Assembly (NCBI RefSeq): GCF_035280925.1
Contig: NZ_DATEEY010000181.1
Coordinates: 23,418-87,417, forward strand
Direction of reading: 5' to 3'
DNA length: 64,000 nt
Source of the DNA: Intrasporangium sp.
GTDB lineage: Bacteria > Actinomycetota > Actinomycetes > Actinomycetales > Dermatophilaceae
In this document: one piece after another, positions 41,145-50,892 of the stretch
Numbering within the stretch: position 1 is the stretch's first letter
Layout of the letters: each line of letters starts with the position of its first letter
Notes under the pieces: generated by a model
Told to the model about the DNA's origin: nothing
Databases searched by the model: none
What the model saw: only the letters and a program-made list of their open reading frames with translations
Translations under genes and position numbers: made by a program

Positions 41145-42170
41145 TCAATCGGGTATCGAAAGCCCCTGCGCTGCCAGCGACTCGATCACCGCGAGCTCGT
41201 CGCCCCGGTCGAGCCCCGCCTTCGACCGCTTCCGAGCGGTGCCCAGAGTCCGCTCCCACGCCAGCGAGTCCGCCATGGTGTCCTCGAGCGGGCGGGACGT
41301 GAGCCCGGCCCCCGCCGCCGCTGACCCGCTGCGGTCCATGAACGCCCGCCACTCGGGGTCGCGCAGCCACAGCGGGAGTGACCGCGGGCCCATGAACTCC
41401 TGAACCTGCATCCGGCCGAGGGTCTCGGCATCCGCCCGGACGACCTCGCCCGAGAAGCCCGCCACCCGAGCCGCAGTGTCGAGGACGTGCTCGAGCGGCG
41501 CGGCGGAACCGACGGCGTTGTGCACCCCTGTCGTCCCGGACAGCCCTGCGGTCACCAGCCACCTTGCCAGGTCCACGACGTCGACCCACTGGACGCTCTG
41601 GTCTGGATGGTTGGGGACGAGCACGGCACCACCGTCCTGTGCCGCCTGCGCGAAGCGCCCCGGCCAGTAGCCGAATCGATCGGACGGGTCCCCGCCACCG
41701 ACGATGAGTCCGCTCCTTGCGATGAGAGCCGCGCCGGCACGTGCCGCGAGCACGGCCTGCTCACAGGCCACCTTGCCCTCGCCGTACTGCTCCGGCGCGG
41801 CCTCGTCCGACACCAGCGCGGGAAGGAGTGCCGCGGACTCGTCCGCTCCGGGCTCGTCATGCCGGGCATAGACCGAGCACGAGCTGACGAAGGCCCAGTG
41901 CGCGGAGCGCCCAGCCAGGGCCGCAACCGCGCCACGGACATGACCGGGCTGGCGGGCGAGGTCGACGACGAGGTCCCATGAGTCCCGGGCCGGCAGAGCA
42001 GCATAGGCCGTCGGGTCCGTGCGGTCCATCCGCACCAGCCTGGCTCCCCGGGGTACCTGCCCCGACTCACCCCGTGCAAGACAGGTCACGTCGTGCCCGA
42101 GCGCAAGGGCACGGGCGGCAACCGCACCGCCGAGCCAGCTGGTTCCGCCGAGGACGAGGATGGAGGCCAT
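41145..42170 (-). CDS. NAD-dependent epimerase/dehydratase (extended SDR) family protein
   Basis: In frame with ORF 41145..42182. MASILVLGGTSWLGGAVAARALALGHDVTCLARG contains the Rossmann GxxGxxG motif. Confidence 0.75.
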   Translation of the reverse strand: MASILVLGGTSWLGGAVAARALALGHDVTCLARGESGQVPRGARLVRMDRTDPTAYAALPARDSWDLVVDLARQPGHVRGAVAALAGRSAHWAFVSSCSVYARHDEPGADESAALLPALVSDEAAPEQYGEGKVACEQAVLAARAGAALIARSGLIVGGGDPSDRFGYWPGRFAQAAQDGGAVLVPNHPDQSVQWVDVVDLARWLVTAGLSGTTGVHNAVGSAAPLEHVLDTAARVAGFSGEVVRADAETLGRMQVQEFMGPRSLPLWLRDPEWRAFMDRSGSAAAGAGLTSRPLEDTMADSLAWERTLGTARKRSKAGLDRGDELAVIESLAAQGLSIPD

Positions 42171-42239
42171 GGGGCCCAGCACAGCACGGCCACCGCGCCA
42201 CCGTCACGCTCCTTCGCTCACGGCATGGAGAACGGTGCT

Positions 42240-42245
42240 TAGAGT
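42240..42245 (+). promoter_or_regulatory. -10-like TAGAGT, 6 nt before ATG 42252 (pafA, leaderless candidate)
   Basis: Reads GCTTAGAGTtggtgcATG. Confidence 0.5.
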
Positions 42246-42251
42246 TGGTGC

Positions 42252-43643
42252 ATGGAGCGGCGGATCTTCGGGATCGAGAACGAGTACGGCGTCACCTGCA
42301 CGACGCAGGGCCAGCGCAGGCTCACTCCCGACGAGGTCGCGCGCTACCTGTTCCGGCGGGTCGTCGCCTGGGGGCGGTCGAGCAACGTCTTCCTCGGCAA
42401 CGGCGCGCGCCTCTACCTCGATGTCGGTTCCCACCCCGAGTACGCAACGGCGGAGTGCGACTCGGTCCGCGAGCTCGTCATCCAGGACAAGGCGGGGGAG
42501 CGGATCCTCGAGGGGCTCGTCGAGGACGCGCAGGCTCGCTTGCAGGACGACGGCGTCGATGGGGAGATCTTCGTCTTCAAGAACAACACCGACTCCGCCG
42601 GGAACTCCTACGGCTGCCACGAGAACTACCTCTACGGCCGCACCAGTGACTTCCAGCGGGTATCGGACATGTTCATCCCATTCCTCATCAGTCGCCAGAT
42701 CACCAGTGGCGCAGGCAAGGTCGTGGCCACCGCGCACGGCGCCAGCTACGCGGTAAGCCAGCGCGCCGACCACATCTGGGAGGGCGTGTCGTCCGCCACG
42801 ACGCGCTCCCGGCCGATCATCAACACCAGGGACGAGCCGCACGCGGACGCCGAGCGCTACCGCCGCCTCCACGTCATCGTCGGCGACTCGAACATGTCCG
42901 AGACCACCAACCTGCTCAAGGTCGGCTCCGCGGACCTCGTGCTGCGCCTCATCGAGCACGGCGTCGTGATGCGGGACCTGGCGCTGGAGAACCCGATCCG
43001 GGCCATCCGCACCATGAGCCACGACCCCACGGGACGCGCGACGGTGCGTCTTGCCAACGGCCGCGAGCTCTCCGCGCTCGACATGCAGCGCGAGTACCTC
43101 GAGAAGGCGTCCGACTTCGTGGACCGCGAGGGGATGCCCTCACCGGACACCAAGCAGGTCATCGACCTGTGGGGCCGGACCCTCGACGCGATCGGCTCCG
43201 GCGACCTCGACGCGATCGGTACCGAGATCGACTGGGTGATCAAGCTGCGGCTGATCGAGCGGTACCGCGCGCGGCATGGACTCGGCCTCTCGGACCCCAG
43301 GATCCTGCAGCTCGACCTGGCGTATCACGACATCAACCGGTCCCGCGGCCTGTTCTACCTTCTCCAGAAGCGCGGTCACGCTGCCCGCGTGGCCTCGGAC
43401 ATCGAGGTCTTCCGGGCCAAGGTCCGACCTCCCCAGACCACGAGGGCGAAGCTCCGCGGCGATTTCATCCGCGCCGCCCAGGCGCACGGGCGCGACTTCA
43501 CCGTCGACTGGGTTCACCTCAAGCTCAACGACCAGGCACAGCGCACGGTCCTGTGCAAGGACCCGTTCCGGGCCGTCGACGAGCGTGTCGAGCGCCTCAT
43601 GGACACGATCTCCCGGTCCCCGGCGGTGCCCCGCTCGCTCTGA
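42252..43643 (+). CDS. pafA: Pup--protein ligase
   Basis: ORF 42252..43643. [31 protein letters not shown] and CHENYL are Dop/PafA carboxylate-amine ligase fold motifs. It lacks the Dop-specific insertion. Confidence 0.93.
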   Translation: MERRIFGIENEYGVTCTTQGQRRLTPDEVARYLFRRVVAWGRSSNVFLGNGARLYLDVGSHPEYATAECDSVRELVIQDKAGERILEGLVEDAQARLQDDGVDGEIFVFKNNTDSAGNSYGCHENYLYGRTSDFQRVSDMFIPFLISRQITSGAGKVVATAHGASYAVSQRADHIWEGVSSATTRSRPIINTRDEPHADAERYRRLHVIVGDSNMSETTNLLKVGSADLVLRLIEHGVVMRDLALENPIRAIRTMSHDPTGRATVRLANGRELSALDMQREYLEKASDFVDREGMPSPDTKQVIDLWGRTLDAIGSGDLDAIGTEIDWVIKLRLIERYRARHGLGLSDPRILQLDLAYHDINRSRGLFYLLQKRGHAARVASDIEVFRAKVRPPQTTRAKLRGDFIRAAQAHGRDFTVDWVHLKLNDQAQRTVLCKDPFRAVDERVERLMDTISRSPAVPRSL

Positions 43644-43757
43644 CCCCATCGGCGGCTGTGCGCGCCAGGGGGACAGCGGTCACAAGATGTGGGGTTACAG
43701 TGACCGGGGCCACCGGCGGGTGGCTCCTGCACCAGACCACGACCCGAAAGCCCTACT

Positions 43758-44789
43758 GTGCGAATTCGATCAGCCGCGACGGCCGCCGTCGCCGTCCTCG
43801 GCCTCTCCGTCCTGTCTGCGTGCGGGCAGGCCCCGTCCGGCGGCTCCGCGCCTACCGGCACGAGTGCCGACGGAACATCCACGGCGACCTCGGCGCCGGC
43901 TCCCGCACCGGCTGACGACCCGAAGGCGCTCGCCGACGTCACGGCCGCGGGTACGGTGGATCTCAAGACCGCACCCAAGGTCGACCTCGGCTCGTTGCCG
44001 ATCTCGACGACCTCGGTCCAGCGCAAGGTGCTGGTCCCCGGCACCGGTCCTGCGGCGACGAAGGAGCACACGGTCCGGATCAAGACCCAGATCTACAACG
44101 GCACGTCGGGCAAGCTGCTGGACGACGGCTACACGAAGGCACGCGCCGCGGAGGGCTACCGGCTCGGACGCACCGACGTCATCGCCGGCTTCACCGAGGG
44201 CCTCGTCGGCGCGCAGAAGGGCGGCCGGATCGCCTTCACGATCCCGCCCGCCAAGGGCTTCGGCGACAGCGGCAACGCGCAGCTCGGTGTCGCACCGACC
44301 GACACCATCGTGGTCATCGCGGACGTGGCCGACGTGCACAAGGGACTCACCGTGCTCGAGAGAAACGGCACGCCGAGTCCGGCCGGCTTTCCGACGGTCG
44401 AGTTCCCCAATGGCAACGCCAAGGCACCGAAGGTGACGGTGCCCAAGGGAGACGCTCCGACCGACACCAGGCAGGCGACCCTCATCGAGGGTGATGGCCC
44501 GGTCGTCAAGGCGAACCAGTTCATCGCCGCCCACTACCACGGCGTTCTGTGGAAGGACGGCACGGTCTTCGACTCTTCGTGGGAGCGCGGAGCGGCAGCC
44601 GACTTCCCGATCGGTGCCGGCGCGGTCATTCCCGGGTGGGACAGCACGCTCGTGGGCAAGAAGGTCGGCAGCCGCGTGCTCCTCGTCATCCCGCCCAAGG
44701 ACGGCTACGGCGAGCAGGGCAACCCGCAGGGCGGCATCAGCGGCACGGACACGCTCGTCTTCGTCGTCGACATCCTCGACACGTACTGA
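43758..44789 (+). CDS. FKBP-type peptidyl-prolyl isomerase lipoprotein (two FKBP-like domains)
   Basis: ORF 43758..44789. The signal peptide plus lipobox reads AVAVLGLSVLSACG. FPIGAGAVIPGWDSTLVGKKVGSRVLLVIPPKDGYG is present. Confidence 0.85.
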   Translation: MRIRSAATAAVAVLGLSVLSACGQAPSGGSAPTGTSADGTSTATSAPAPAPADDPKALADVTAAGTVDLKTAPKVDLGSLPISTTSVQRKVLVPGTGPAATKEHTVRIKTQIYNGTSGKLLDDGYTKARAAEGYRLGRTDVIAGFTEGLVGAQKGGRIAFTIPPAKGFGDSGNAQLGVAPTDTIVVIADVADVHKGLTVLERNGTPSPAGFPTVEFPNGNAKAPKVTVPKGDAPTDTRQATLIEGDGPVVKANQFIAAHYHGVLWKDGTVFDSSWERGAAADFPIGAGAVIPGWDSTLVGKKVGSRVLLVIPPKDGYGEQGNPQGGISGTDTLVFVVDILDTY

Positions 44790-44883
44790 GGGCCGGCTTG
44801 GGGGCCGCCCGCCAGCCTCGATGAGCAGCTGCTGACAGACTGGAGCCCGTGCCGTCCGGCACGCTTCGACGAAGGGAATCCCC

Positions 44884-45270
44884 ATGGCACTCGACCCCAA
44901 CCGGACCAAGCCGGAGATCGACTTCCCCCAAGGTGAGACGCCCTCCGACCTGGTCGTCGAGGACCTCATCGAGGGCGACGGCCGCGAGGCCAGGACCGGG
45001 GACACGGTGAGCGCTCACTATGTCGGGGTCGCCCACTCGACCGGCGAGGAGTTCGACTCGTCATGGAACCGTGGCGCTCCACTCGACTTCCGGCTCGGTG
45101 TCGGCATGGTCATCCCCGGGTGGGACAAGGGCATCGAGGGCATGAAGGTCGGCGGACGACGCAAGCTGACCATTCCAGCGCACCTGGCGTACGGGGACCG
45201 CGGAGCGGGCTCGGCCATCGGGCCGGGGGAGACGCTGATCTTCGTGGTCGACCTCGACGAGGTGCGCTGA
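44884..45270 (+). CDS. FKBP-type peptidyl-prolyl cis-trans isomerase (cytoplasmic)
   Basis: ORF 44884..45270. Motif: HYVGVAHSTGEEFDSSWNRGAPLDFRLGVGMVIPGWDKGIEGMKVGGRRKLTIP. Confidence 0.9.
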   Translation: MALDPNRTKPEIDFPQGETPSDLVVEDLIEGDGREARTGDTVSAHYVGVAHSTGEEFDSSWNRGAPLDFRLGVGMVIPGWDKGIEGMKVGGRRKLTIPAHLAYGDRGAGSAIGPGETLIFVVDLDEVR

Positions 45271-45357
45271 CCACGACGTATGCCGCCGGGCCCGTCCAAG
45301 CCGAGCGCCGGCCCCCGCCGATGCCGGCACCCATGAGAAGGTGTGCGGTGCGGGAGG

Positions 45358-46455
45358 TCAGTGGGGCTGGATGAGCGACGCGGCGTGCCGGCCGGCAACG
45401 GCCGCGGTGAGGAACGACAGGCGGTCGTCGTCGAAACCGCGTCCCATCGTCGACAGCGGCACCGGCGTGGCGCGGAGGGCGTCGTCAAGACCGTCGCACC
45501 CGACCTCGACCAGGGTGAGCCGCCCCCCGGTCGAGTCGCACAGGGCTCGTGCCTGGCTGTGGACGTACAGGGCGAGATCCTCCGTGAGGTCCGGGACGGG
45601 GACCGCTGCCGGAACGAGGGCGACCCGCCCGTAGGCGGTCGCGCTGTGGTGCGACAGACCACGGTGCCTCGGGCGCCGATCCGCCTCGGACACCCGCAGC
45701 GATGCGATGGGGCGGCCACCGAGGACGCCGGCCGCGTTGACGGCCTCACCGGCCGAGGTGCCGGAGAAGCCCCATCGGGTGCCGGTCCCCAGATTGCCCG
45801 GTCCCTGCGCGACCACGGCGACGTCGGCGCCGACGACGAGGTGCGCGGCCAGCAGCCCCGTGTGCACGTTGACGGCCTCCAGGTCACCACCGTAGGCCTG
45901 GCCCACCGTGATGCACGCCTCGAGCCACTCCGACTCCCGCAGCCCGGACACGGTGCGCGAGAAGTCGGCGGGGAGAGCGCCGCCGTCCGTCATGACGTAG
46001 GCCACCCTGGCGTCCGGAGCCGACTCCCGCAGCCCCGCGATGATGGCCGGCAGGGCGGAGTGGAGGTCCGCGACGACCACGGGCATGCCACCGAGGTCAT
46101 CGGCGTCACGAAGTAGCTCGTGGTTGGGACTGCCCTGCTCGTCGACCCCGAGCACCATGGTCTGGCCCGGGGTGTAGCGCGCCTTGACGAGGTGGCCGTC
46201 AAACGCACGGACGTCCACCGGCTCCGGGAGGTGCTCCGGAGCCGCCACGACGATGGCGACGCCACCCGTGCCCAGGCCACGCTCGAGCGCGGTCGTGTTG
46301 AGCAGCACCCGGGCACCGGCCGGGAGGTCCCCGACGATGTCGGAGTAGCCCAGCGCTCGGACGGTGTCCCCGGAAGCCAGCTCAGCGGCATACTCCACCG
46401 CCCCGGCCCACCGCGAACGCACTCCTTCGATGACTGCCGGACGCCACTGGATCAT
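45358..46455 (-). CDS. DUF3866 family protein
   Basis: ORF 45358..46455. The composition is coding-like throughout and I recognise the family from GLGTGGVAIVVA...VVADLHSALPAI...GNLGTGTRWGFSG. No known catalytic motif. Confidence 0.65.
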   Translation of the reverse strand: MIQWRPAVIEGVRSRWAGAVEYAAELASGDTVRALGYSDIVGDLPAGARVLLNTTALERGLGTGGVAIVVAAPEHLPEPVDVRAFDGHLVKARYTPGQTMVLGVDEQGSPNHELLRDADDLGGMPVVVADLHSALPAIIAGLRESAPDARVAYVMTDGGALPADFSRTVSGLRESEWLEACITVGQAYGGDLEAVNVHTGLLAAHLVVGADVAVVAQGPGNLGTGTRWGFSGTSAGEAVNAAGVLGGRPIASLRVSEADRRPRHRGLSHHSATAYGRVALVPAAVPVPDLTEDLALYVHSQARALCDSTGGRLTLVEVGCDGLDDALRATPVPLSTMGRGFDDDRLSFLTAAVAGRHAASLIQPH

Positions 46456-46462
46456 GGAGGCG

Positions 46463-46468
46463 ACCCTA
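46463..46468 (-). promoter_or_regulatory. -10-like TAGGGT (minus strand), 7 nt before ATG 46455
   Basis: The reverse complement reads CGGTAGGGTcgcctccATG. Leaderless candidate. Confidence 0.45.
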
Positions 46469-46578
46469 CCGACGACACCCGCGCCCTGCTCATGGAAGGG
46501 CGCGCTCCAGAGGGCCCGTCGTCGGGTAGCGTCGGACTGCGCCCGCGCGGGCGAACCCGGAATGGGAGGAAGGCGGCC

Positions 46579-47583
46579 ATGAGTGCATCATCCGCGTCGG
46601 CGGAGAAGACCGAGCGGCTGCTCAACCTGATCCTCGCCCTCAAGTCGACGCGTCGCCCCATCCCCAAGGACCAGCTGCGCAGGTCTCTGCCGGCCTATGC
46701 GGATGCACCCTCCGTCGAGGCGTTCGACCGGATGTTCGAGCGCGACAAGGACGAGCTTCGTGAGATGGGTATTCCCATCACGACCACCGTGGTCGACGTG
46801 CTCTTCGACGACGAGGTGGGCTACCGCATCGACCCCAGTGAGACGTCCCTGCCCGAGATCAGCTTCGAGCCGGACGAGGTGGCCGCCCTCGCGCTGGCGG
46901 CGCGCACGTGGTCCACGGCGAGCATCTCCGGCACGGCCACCGCGGGACTGCGCAAGCTCCGCCTCGCAGGCGTGGAGATCGACGAGTCCCTCGCGGCAGG
47001 CGTCGAGCCGCGGATCCGGACGACGGAGCCAGCCTTCGACCCGGTCCGCGCCGCCCTCTCGGCTCGTCAGCCGATCACCTTCGACTACCGGAAGAACGAC
47101 GGCACCGTCAGCACGCGCCACGTCCGGCCCTGGGCCCTCAAGCACTGGCACGGCCGCTGGTACCTCACCGGCCACGACGTCGACCGCGGGGCCGAGCGCG
47201 CCTTCCGACTCGGCCGGGTCGTGGGCCCGGTGCGAAAGAAGGGGCGAGCGGGCTCCTACGAGGTCCCGGCGGACCACGTCCCCGAGGTGTCCCTGGCAGC
47301 GCAGGCGCCGGAGCCGCAGGGATCCGCCGTCGTCCGGGTGCGCCACGGCCGCGGTCACGTCCTGCGCCAGGCGGCAAGCAGGACGCAGGACCTCGACCAC
47401 CGGTGGGCCGAGATCGAGGTGCCCTATGAGCGCGGGCGCACGGAGCGTGACATCGCCGCGCTGGGCAGCCACGCGGTCGCCGTCTCGCCCCCCGAGCTCG
47501 TCGAGGGCGTCCGCGCGGCCCTGCTGCGCACCATCGAGACGCATGCGCCGGCAGCACACCAGGGAGGCAGTGCCGATGAGTGA
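46579..47583 (+). CDS. pafB: WYL-domain transcriptional regulator PafB
   Basis: In frame with ORF 46120..47583. ATG 46579 follows GGGAGGAAGG. The HTH reads EKTERLLNLILALKSTRRPI, and the WYL region reads ITFDYRKNDGTVSTRHVRPWALKHWHGRWYLTGHD. Confidence 0.88.
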   Translation: MSASSASAEKTERLLNLILALKSTRRPIPKDQLRRSLPAYADAPSVEAFDRMFERDKDELREMGIPITTTVVDVLFDDEVGYRIDPSETSLPEISFEPDEVAALALAARTWSTASISGTATAGLRKLRLAGVEIDESLAAGVEPRIRTTEPAFDPVRAALSARQPITFDYRKNDGTVSTRHVRPWALKHWHGRWYLTGHDVDRGAERAFRLGRVVGPVRKKGRAGSYEVPADHVPEVSLAAQAPEPQGSAVVRVRHGRGHVLRQAASRTQDLDHRWAEIEVPYERGRTERDIAALGSHAVAVSPPELVEGVRAALLRTIETHAPAAHQGGSADE

Positions 47584-48613
47584 CAAGCGGGTGGCTGGCG
47601 ACCGGGTGGCCGCGCCGAGCGGCGCAAGGACTTCCACCCGGTCCACGGCACGGTCCACCGCCGAGACCGCGACCCAGCGGCTCGGTCGACTCCTCGACAT
47701 GGTCCCCTGGCTGCTGCGCCACCAAGGGGTGAGCATCGAGGAGGCCGCGAGGGAGTTCGGCCTCACGTCGGCGCAGATCGAGTCCGACCTCGAGCTGCTC
47801 TTCGTGTGCGGCACGCCCGGCTACACGCACGCCGAGCTCATCGACGCCCAGTGGGACGACGGCCACATCTACCTGGCCAACGCGGACGACATCGCTGCGC
47901 CGATGCGTCTCACCCGCGACGAGGCGGTGACCCTCACGGCCGGGCTCCAGGCGCTGGGCTCGACGCTCGTCAACTCCGAGGTTGTCGAGCGGACCCTGGA
48001 GAAGCTGCGCAAGGCAACGACGGCCGCCGACCCGGGTGGAGGTCAGATCGCCCTCGACCTCGACGACGGCAGCCAGCACTCGGTCATGACCCAGCTCAAG
48101 GAGGCACTCGGGGCCCGACGGCGCGTCCACTTGTCGTACTACGTGGCGACGCGCGACGAGACGACGGAGCGGGACGTCGACATCATGCGGATCGTCAACC
48201 TCGACGGGCAGTGGTACCTCGAGGGCTGGTGCCACCGGGCCGACGCGGTGCGCTTCTTCCGGGTCGACCGGATCGAGGCTGCAACCGTGCTCGACGAGGA
48301 CGGCACGCCCCCTCCGGAGGCGACGCCCCGCGACCTCGACGACGAGATCTTCGTCCCCAGCGAGGGCGACCTGACCGTGGTCCTGGAGGCCGCCCCGCAG
48401 GCGGCGTGGATCGCCGACTACTACCCCAACGAGGGGATCGTCCGGGGCGCCGACGGATGGGTGCGGGTCACGCTCAAGGTGGCCGACCCGGCCCTGGTCC
48501 GTCGCCTCGTGCTGCGGCTGGCCGGCGACGTCCGGGTCGCCTCGCCGTCCGAGCTGGCCAGTGCAGTGGCCGACGAGGCGCGAGCCGCGCTCACTCTCTA
48601 CGAGAGGGGCTGA
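47576..48613 (+). CDS. pafC: WYL-domain transcriptional regulator PafC
   Basis: In frame with ORF 46697..48613. ATG 47576 overlaps the pafB stop by 8 nt. Motifs: RLGRLLDMVPWLLRHQGVSIEEAAREFG, VHLSYYVATRDETTERDVDIMRIVNLDGQWYLEGW. Confidence 0.88.
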   Translation: MSDKRVAGDRVAAPSGARTSTRSTARSTAETATQRLGRLLDMVPWLLRHQGVSIEEAAREFGLTSAQIESDLELLFVCGTPGYTHAELIDAQWDDGHIYLANADDIAAPMRLTRDEAVTLTAGLQALGSTLVNSEVVERTLEKLRKATTAADPGGGQIALDLDDGSQHSVMTQLKEALGARRRVHLSYYVATRDETTERDVDIMRIVNLDGQWYLEGWCHRADAVRFFRVDRIEAATVLDEDGTPPPEATPRDLDDEIFVPSEGDLTVVLEAAPQAAWIADYYPNEGIVRGADGWVRVTLKVADPALVRRLVLRLAGDVRVASPSELASAVADEARAALTLYERG

Positions 48614-48762
48614 CGCCCGGCGACGTGGGACGCGGTCGACCGGTGGACCCACGGCCGCCTCGTTGTTCACGTCCGGCACGTATGCTGGTCACCTGCAGCG
48701 TCGATGCTGCCAGCGAACGGCCCCCAATGAATGCGGGTCCCTGACGTCCGAGGAGACGACAC

Positions 48763-49098
48763 ATGCCCAACCTGGGTGCCCCCGAGCTCATCATCATCGC
48801 CATCATCGTCATTGCGCTGTTCGGGTGGAAGAAGCTTCCCGACATGGCGCGAAGCCTCGGCCGCTCGGCCCGGGTCTTCAAGTCCGAGGTCGACGAGATG
48901 AAGAAGGACGGCAAGTCCCCGAGCGAGGCCTCGCAGACAACCGTTGCCGGCGACGTCGTCGACGGCGATGCGCCGCGCCGCGCCGCCGATGCGGAGGCCG
49001 AGGCCAGGTCTGCGGAGGCTCGCGCCCAGGAGGCGGAGACCCGCGCTGCCCAGGCGCGCGCCGACGCCGACCGGTTCCGGAGCGATCCCTCGCTCTGA
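48763..49098 (+). CDS. tatA: Twin-arginine translocase subunit TatA/E
   Basis: ORF 48763..49098 with [48 protein letters not shown] is the TatA TM helix plus amphipathic helix. Confidence 0.92.
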   Translation: MPNLGAPELIIIAIIVIALFGWKKLPDMARSLGRSARVFKSEVDEMKKDGKSPSEASQTTVAGDVVDGDAPRRAADAEAEARSAEARAQEAETRAAQARADADRFRSDPSL

Positions 49099-49200
49099 GC
49101 GCTCCCGCTGAGCGCTCTGCCCTGAGACACCGCCCGACCGACCGAAGCCCGAAGCCACCCAATGCCGTCGTTGTTGCGCAAACGCAATCCCGAGGGACGC

Positions 49201-49974
49201 ATGTCCCTCGCCGACCACTTCCGCGAGCTCCGCAATCGCGTCGTCGTGGCCGGGCTGGCCATCCTCGCCGGTGCCGTCGTCGGCTGGATCTACTACGACC
49301 CGATCATCAACCGGCTCATCCAGCCGCTCAAGGATGTCGCCGCCCAGCGCGGTGACACCGGTCTGGTCAACATCAACTTCGGGACGATGACGGATGCGTT
49401 CGCGATCAAGCTCACCGTCGCGCTGTTCGTGGGGCTCATCCTGGCCTCGCCTGTCTGGCTGATGCAGATCTGGGGCTTCGTCGTCCCGGGGCTGACGAAG
49501 AAGGAGAAGCGGGTCACCCGCCTGTTCGTCGTCGCGGCCGTGCCGCTCTTCGTCGCCGGTTGCGCCGCGGCCTTCCTCATGGTGCCCAAGGCCGTCGCGG
49601 TCCTGCTCGACTTCACCCCGGTCGGCGCCTTCAACATCCAGGACGCGTCCCTCTACCTGTCGTTCGTCCTGAAGTTCATCATCGCCTTCGGGTGTGCCTT
49701 CCTGCTGCCCGTCTTCCTCGTCTGCTTCAACATCATCGGGCTGCTGTCCGGGCGTGCCATGCTCAAGGCGTGGCGGCCCGCAGTGATGGTGATCTTCCTC
49801 TTCGCCGCGATCATGACCCCGACCCCTGACGCGTTCACGATGCTCTTCATGGCCTCGCCGATGATCCTGCTCTACTTCGCGTCGGTCGGGATCGCCTTCC
49901 TCTTCGACCGCAGGAAGCGGGAGAGCCTGCCCGGCTGGCTCGACGTGCCCGACGACCAGGCGTCCGCCCTGTAG
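49201..49974 (+). CDS. tatC: Twin-arginine translocase subunit TatC
   Basis: In frame with ORF 49162..49974. ATG 49201 follows GAGGGA and gives MSLADHFRELRNR, a typical TatC start. ATG 49162 is possible. Six TM helices. Confidence 0.9.
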   Translation: MSLADHFRELRNRVVVAGLAILAGAVVGWIYYDPIINRLIQPLKDVAAQRGDTGLVNINFGTMTDAFAIKLTVALFVGLILASPVWLMQIWGFVVPGLTKKEKRVTRLFVVAAVPLFVAGCAAAFLMVPKAVAVLLDFTPVGAFNIQDASLYLSFVLKFIIAFGCAFLLPVFLVCFNIIGLLSGRAMLKAWRPAVMVIFLFAAIMTPTPDAFTMLFMASPMILLYFASVGIAFLFDRRKRESLPGWLDVPDDQASAL

Positions 49975-49983
49975 CGTTCGGGT

Positions 49984-50892
49984 GTGTCCGAGCGCGTCGC
50001 CCTGATCGTCAATCCCACTGCCGGAAAGGGAGCTGGGCGGGCACTCGGCGAGGCGACTCGTCGGCTCCTGCTGAGCCGCGGACGGGACGTCGTCGACGTG
50101 TCCGGCCAGACGTGGTCCGAGGCGGGCGCGCGCGCGACGGAGGAAGTCCGCCGCGGCGTCGACGCGCTCGTCGTCGTCGGGGGAGACGGCCTGGTGCACC
50201 TCGCGGTCAACCTCGTCGCCGGTTCCGCCACGCCGATCGGTGTCGTCGCCGCCGGCACGGGCAACGACTTCGCCCGCAACCTCGAGCTTCCCATCCGCGA
50301 CGCGGCCCGCGCCGTGGACGTCATCACACAGGGCACCGTCCGCACCATCGACGCGGGCCGGGTGACCGGACCCGGCGGCGAGACGAAGTGGTTCGCCGGC
50401 GTCCTCGGAGCCGGTTTCGACGCGATCGTCAACGCCCGCGCGGCGCGCATGCGCTGGCCCAGGGGCCAGATGCGCTACAACCTCGCGGTGCTCCGCGAGC
50501 TCCCCGTCTTCAAGCCGATTCCCTACGTCGTCGTGCTCGACGGCCGACGCACCGAGACCAGCGCGATGCTCGTCGCGGTGGCCAACACGCCCTCCTTCGG
50601 AGGCGGCATGCGAGTCTGCCCCGACGCGGATCCCACGGACGGGCTCCTCGACGTCCTCGTCGTCAAGGCGATCTCGGTGCCGGCGTTCCTCCGCGTGTTT
50701 CCCAAGGTCTACCGGGGGGCACATGTCACCCACGAGGCGGTCGAGATCCACCGTGCGACTCGGGTGCGGTTGGAGGCACTGCACATCCCGTCACAGGCTG
50801 ACGGCGAGCCGTTCACGGCTCTGCCCCTCGATATTGACATCGTGCCGCAGGCCGTGCGGGTGCTCGCGCCGGACAAGGATGAACAGCCATGA
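49984..50892 (+). CDS. Diacylglycerol/lipid kinase family protein
   Basis: ORF 49984..50892. Motifs: VALIVNPTAGKGAG, LVVVGGDGLVH, GTGNDFAR. Confidence 0.85.
   Translation: MSERVALIVNPTAGKGAGRALGEATRRLLLSRGRDVVDVSGQTWSEAGARATEEVRRGVDALVVVGGDGLVHLAVNLVAGSATPIGVVAAGTGNDFARNLELPIRDAARAVDVITQGTVRTIDAGRVTGPGGETKWFAGVLGAGFDAIVNARAARMRWPRGQMRYNLAVLRELPVFKPIPYVVVLDGRRTETSAMLVAVANTPSFGGGMRVCPDADPTDGLLDVLVVKAISVPAFLRVFPKVYRGAHVTHEAVEIHRATRVRLEALHIPSQADGEPFTALPLDIDIVPQAVRVLAPDKDEQP

Noticed and set aside
46383-46393. The REP-like copy near the 5' end of the DUF3866 gene might mean the true start is further downstream
   Set aside because: ATG 46455 has a TAGGGT box at the ideal leaderless distance, and the reading frame is coding-like from that ATG. 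I kept the long start but flag the overlap.
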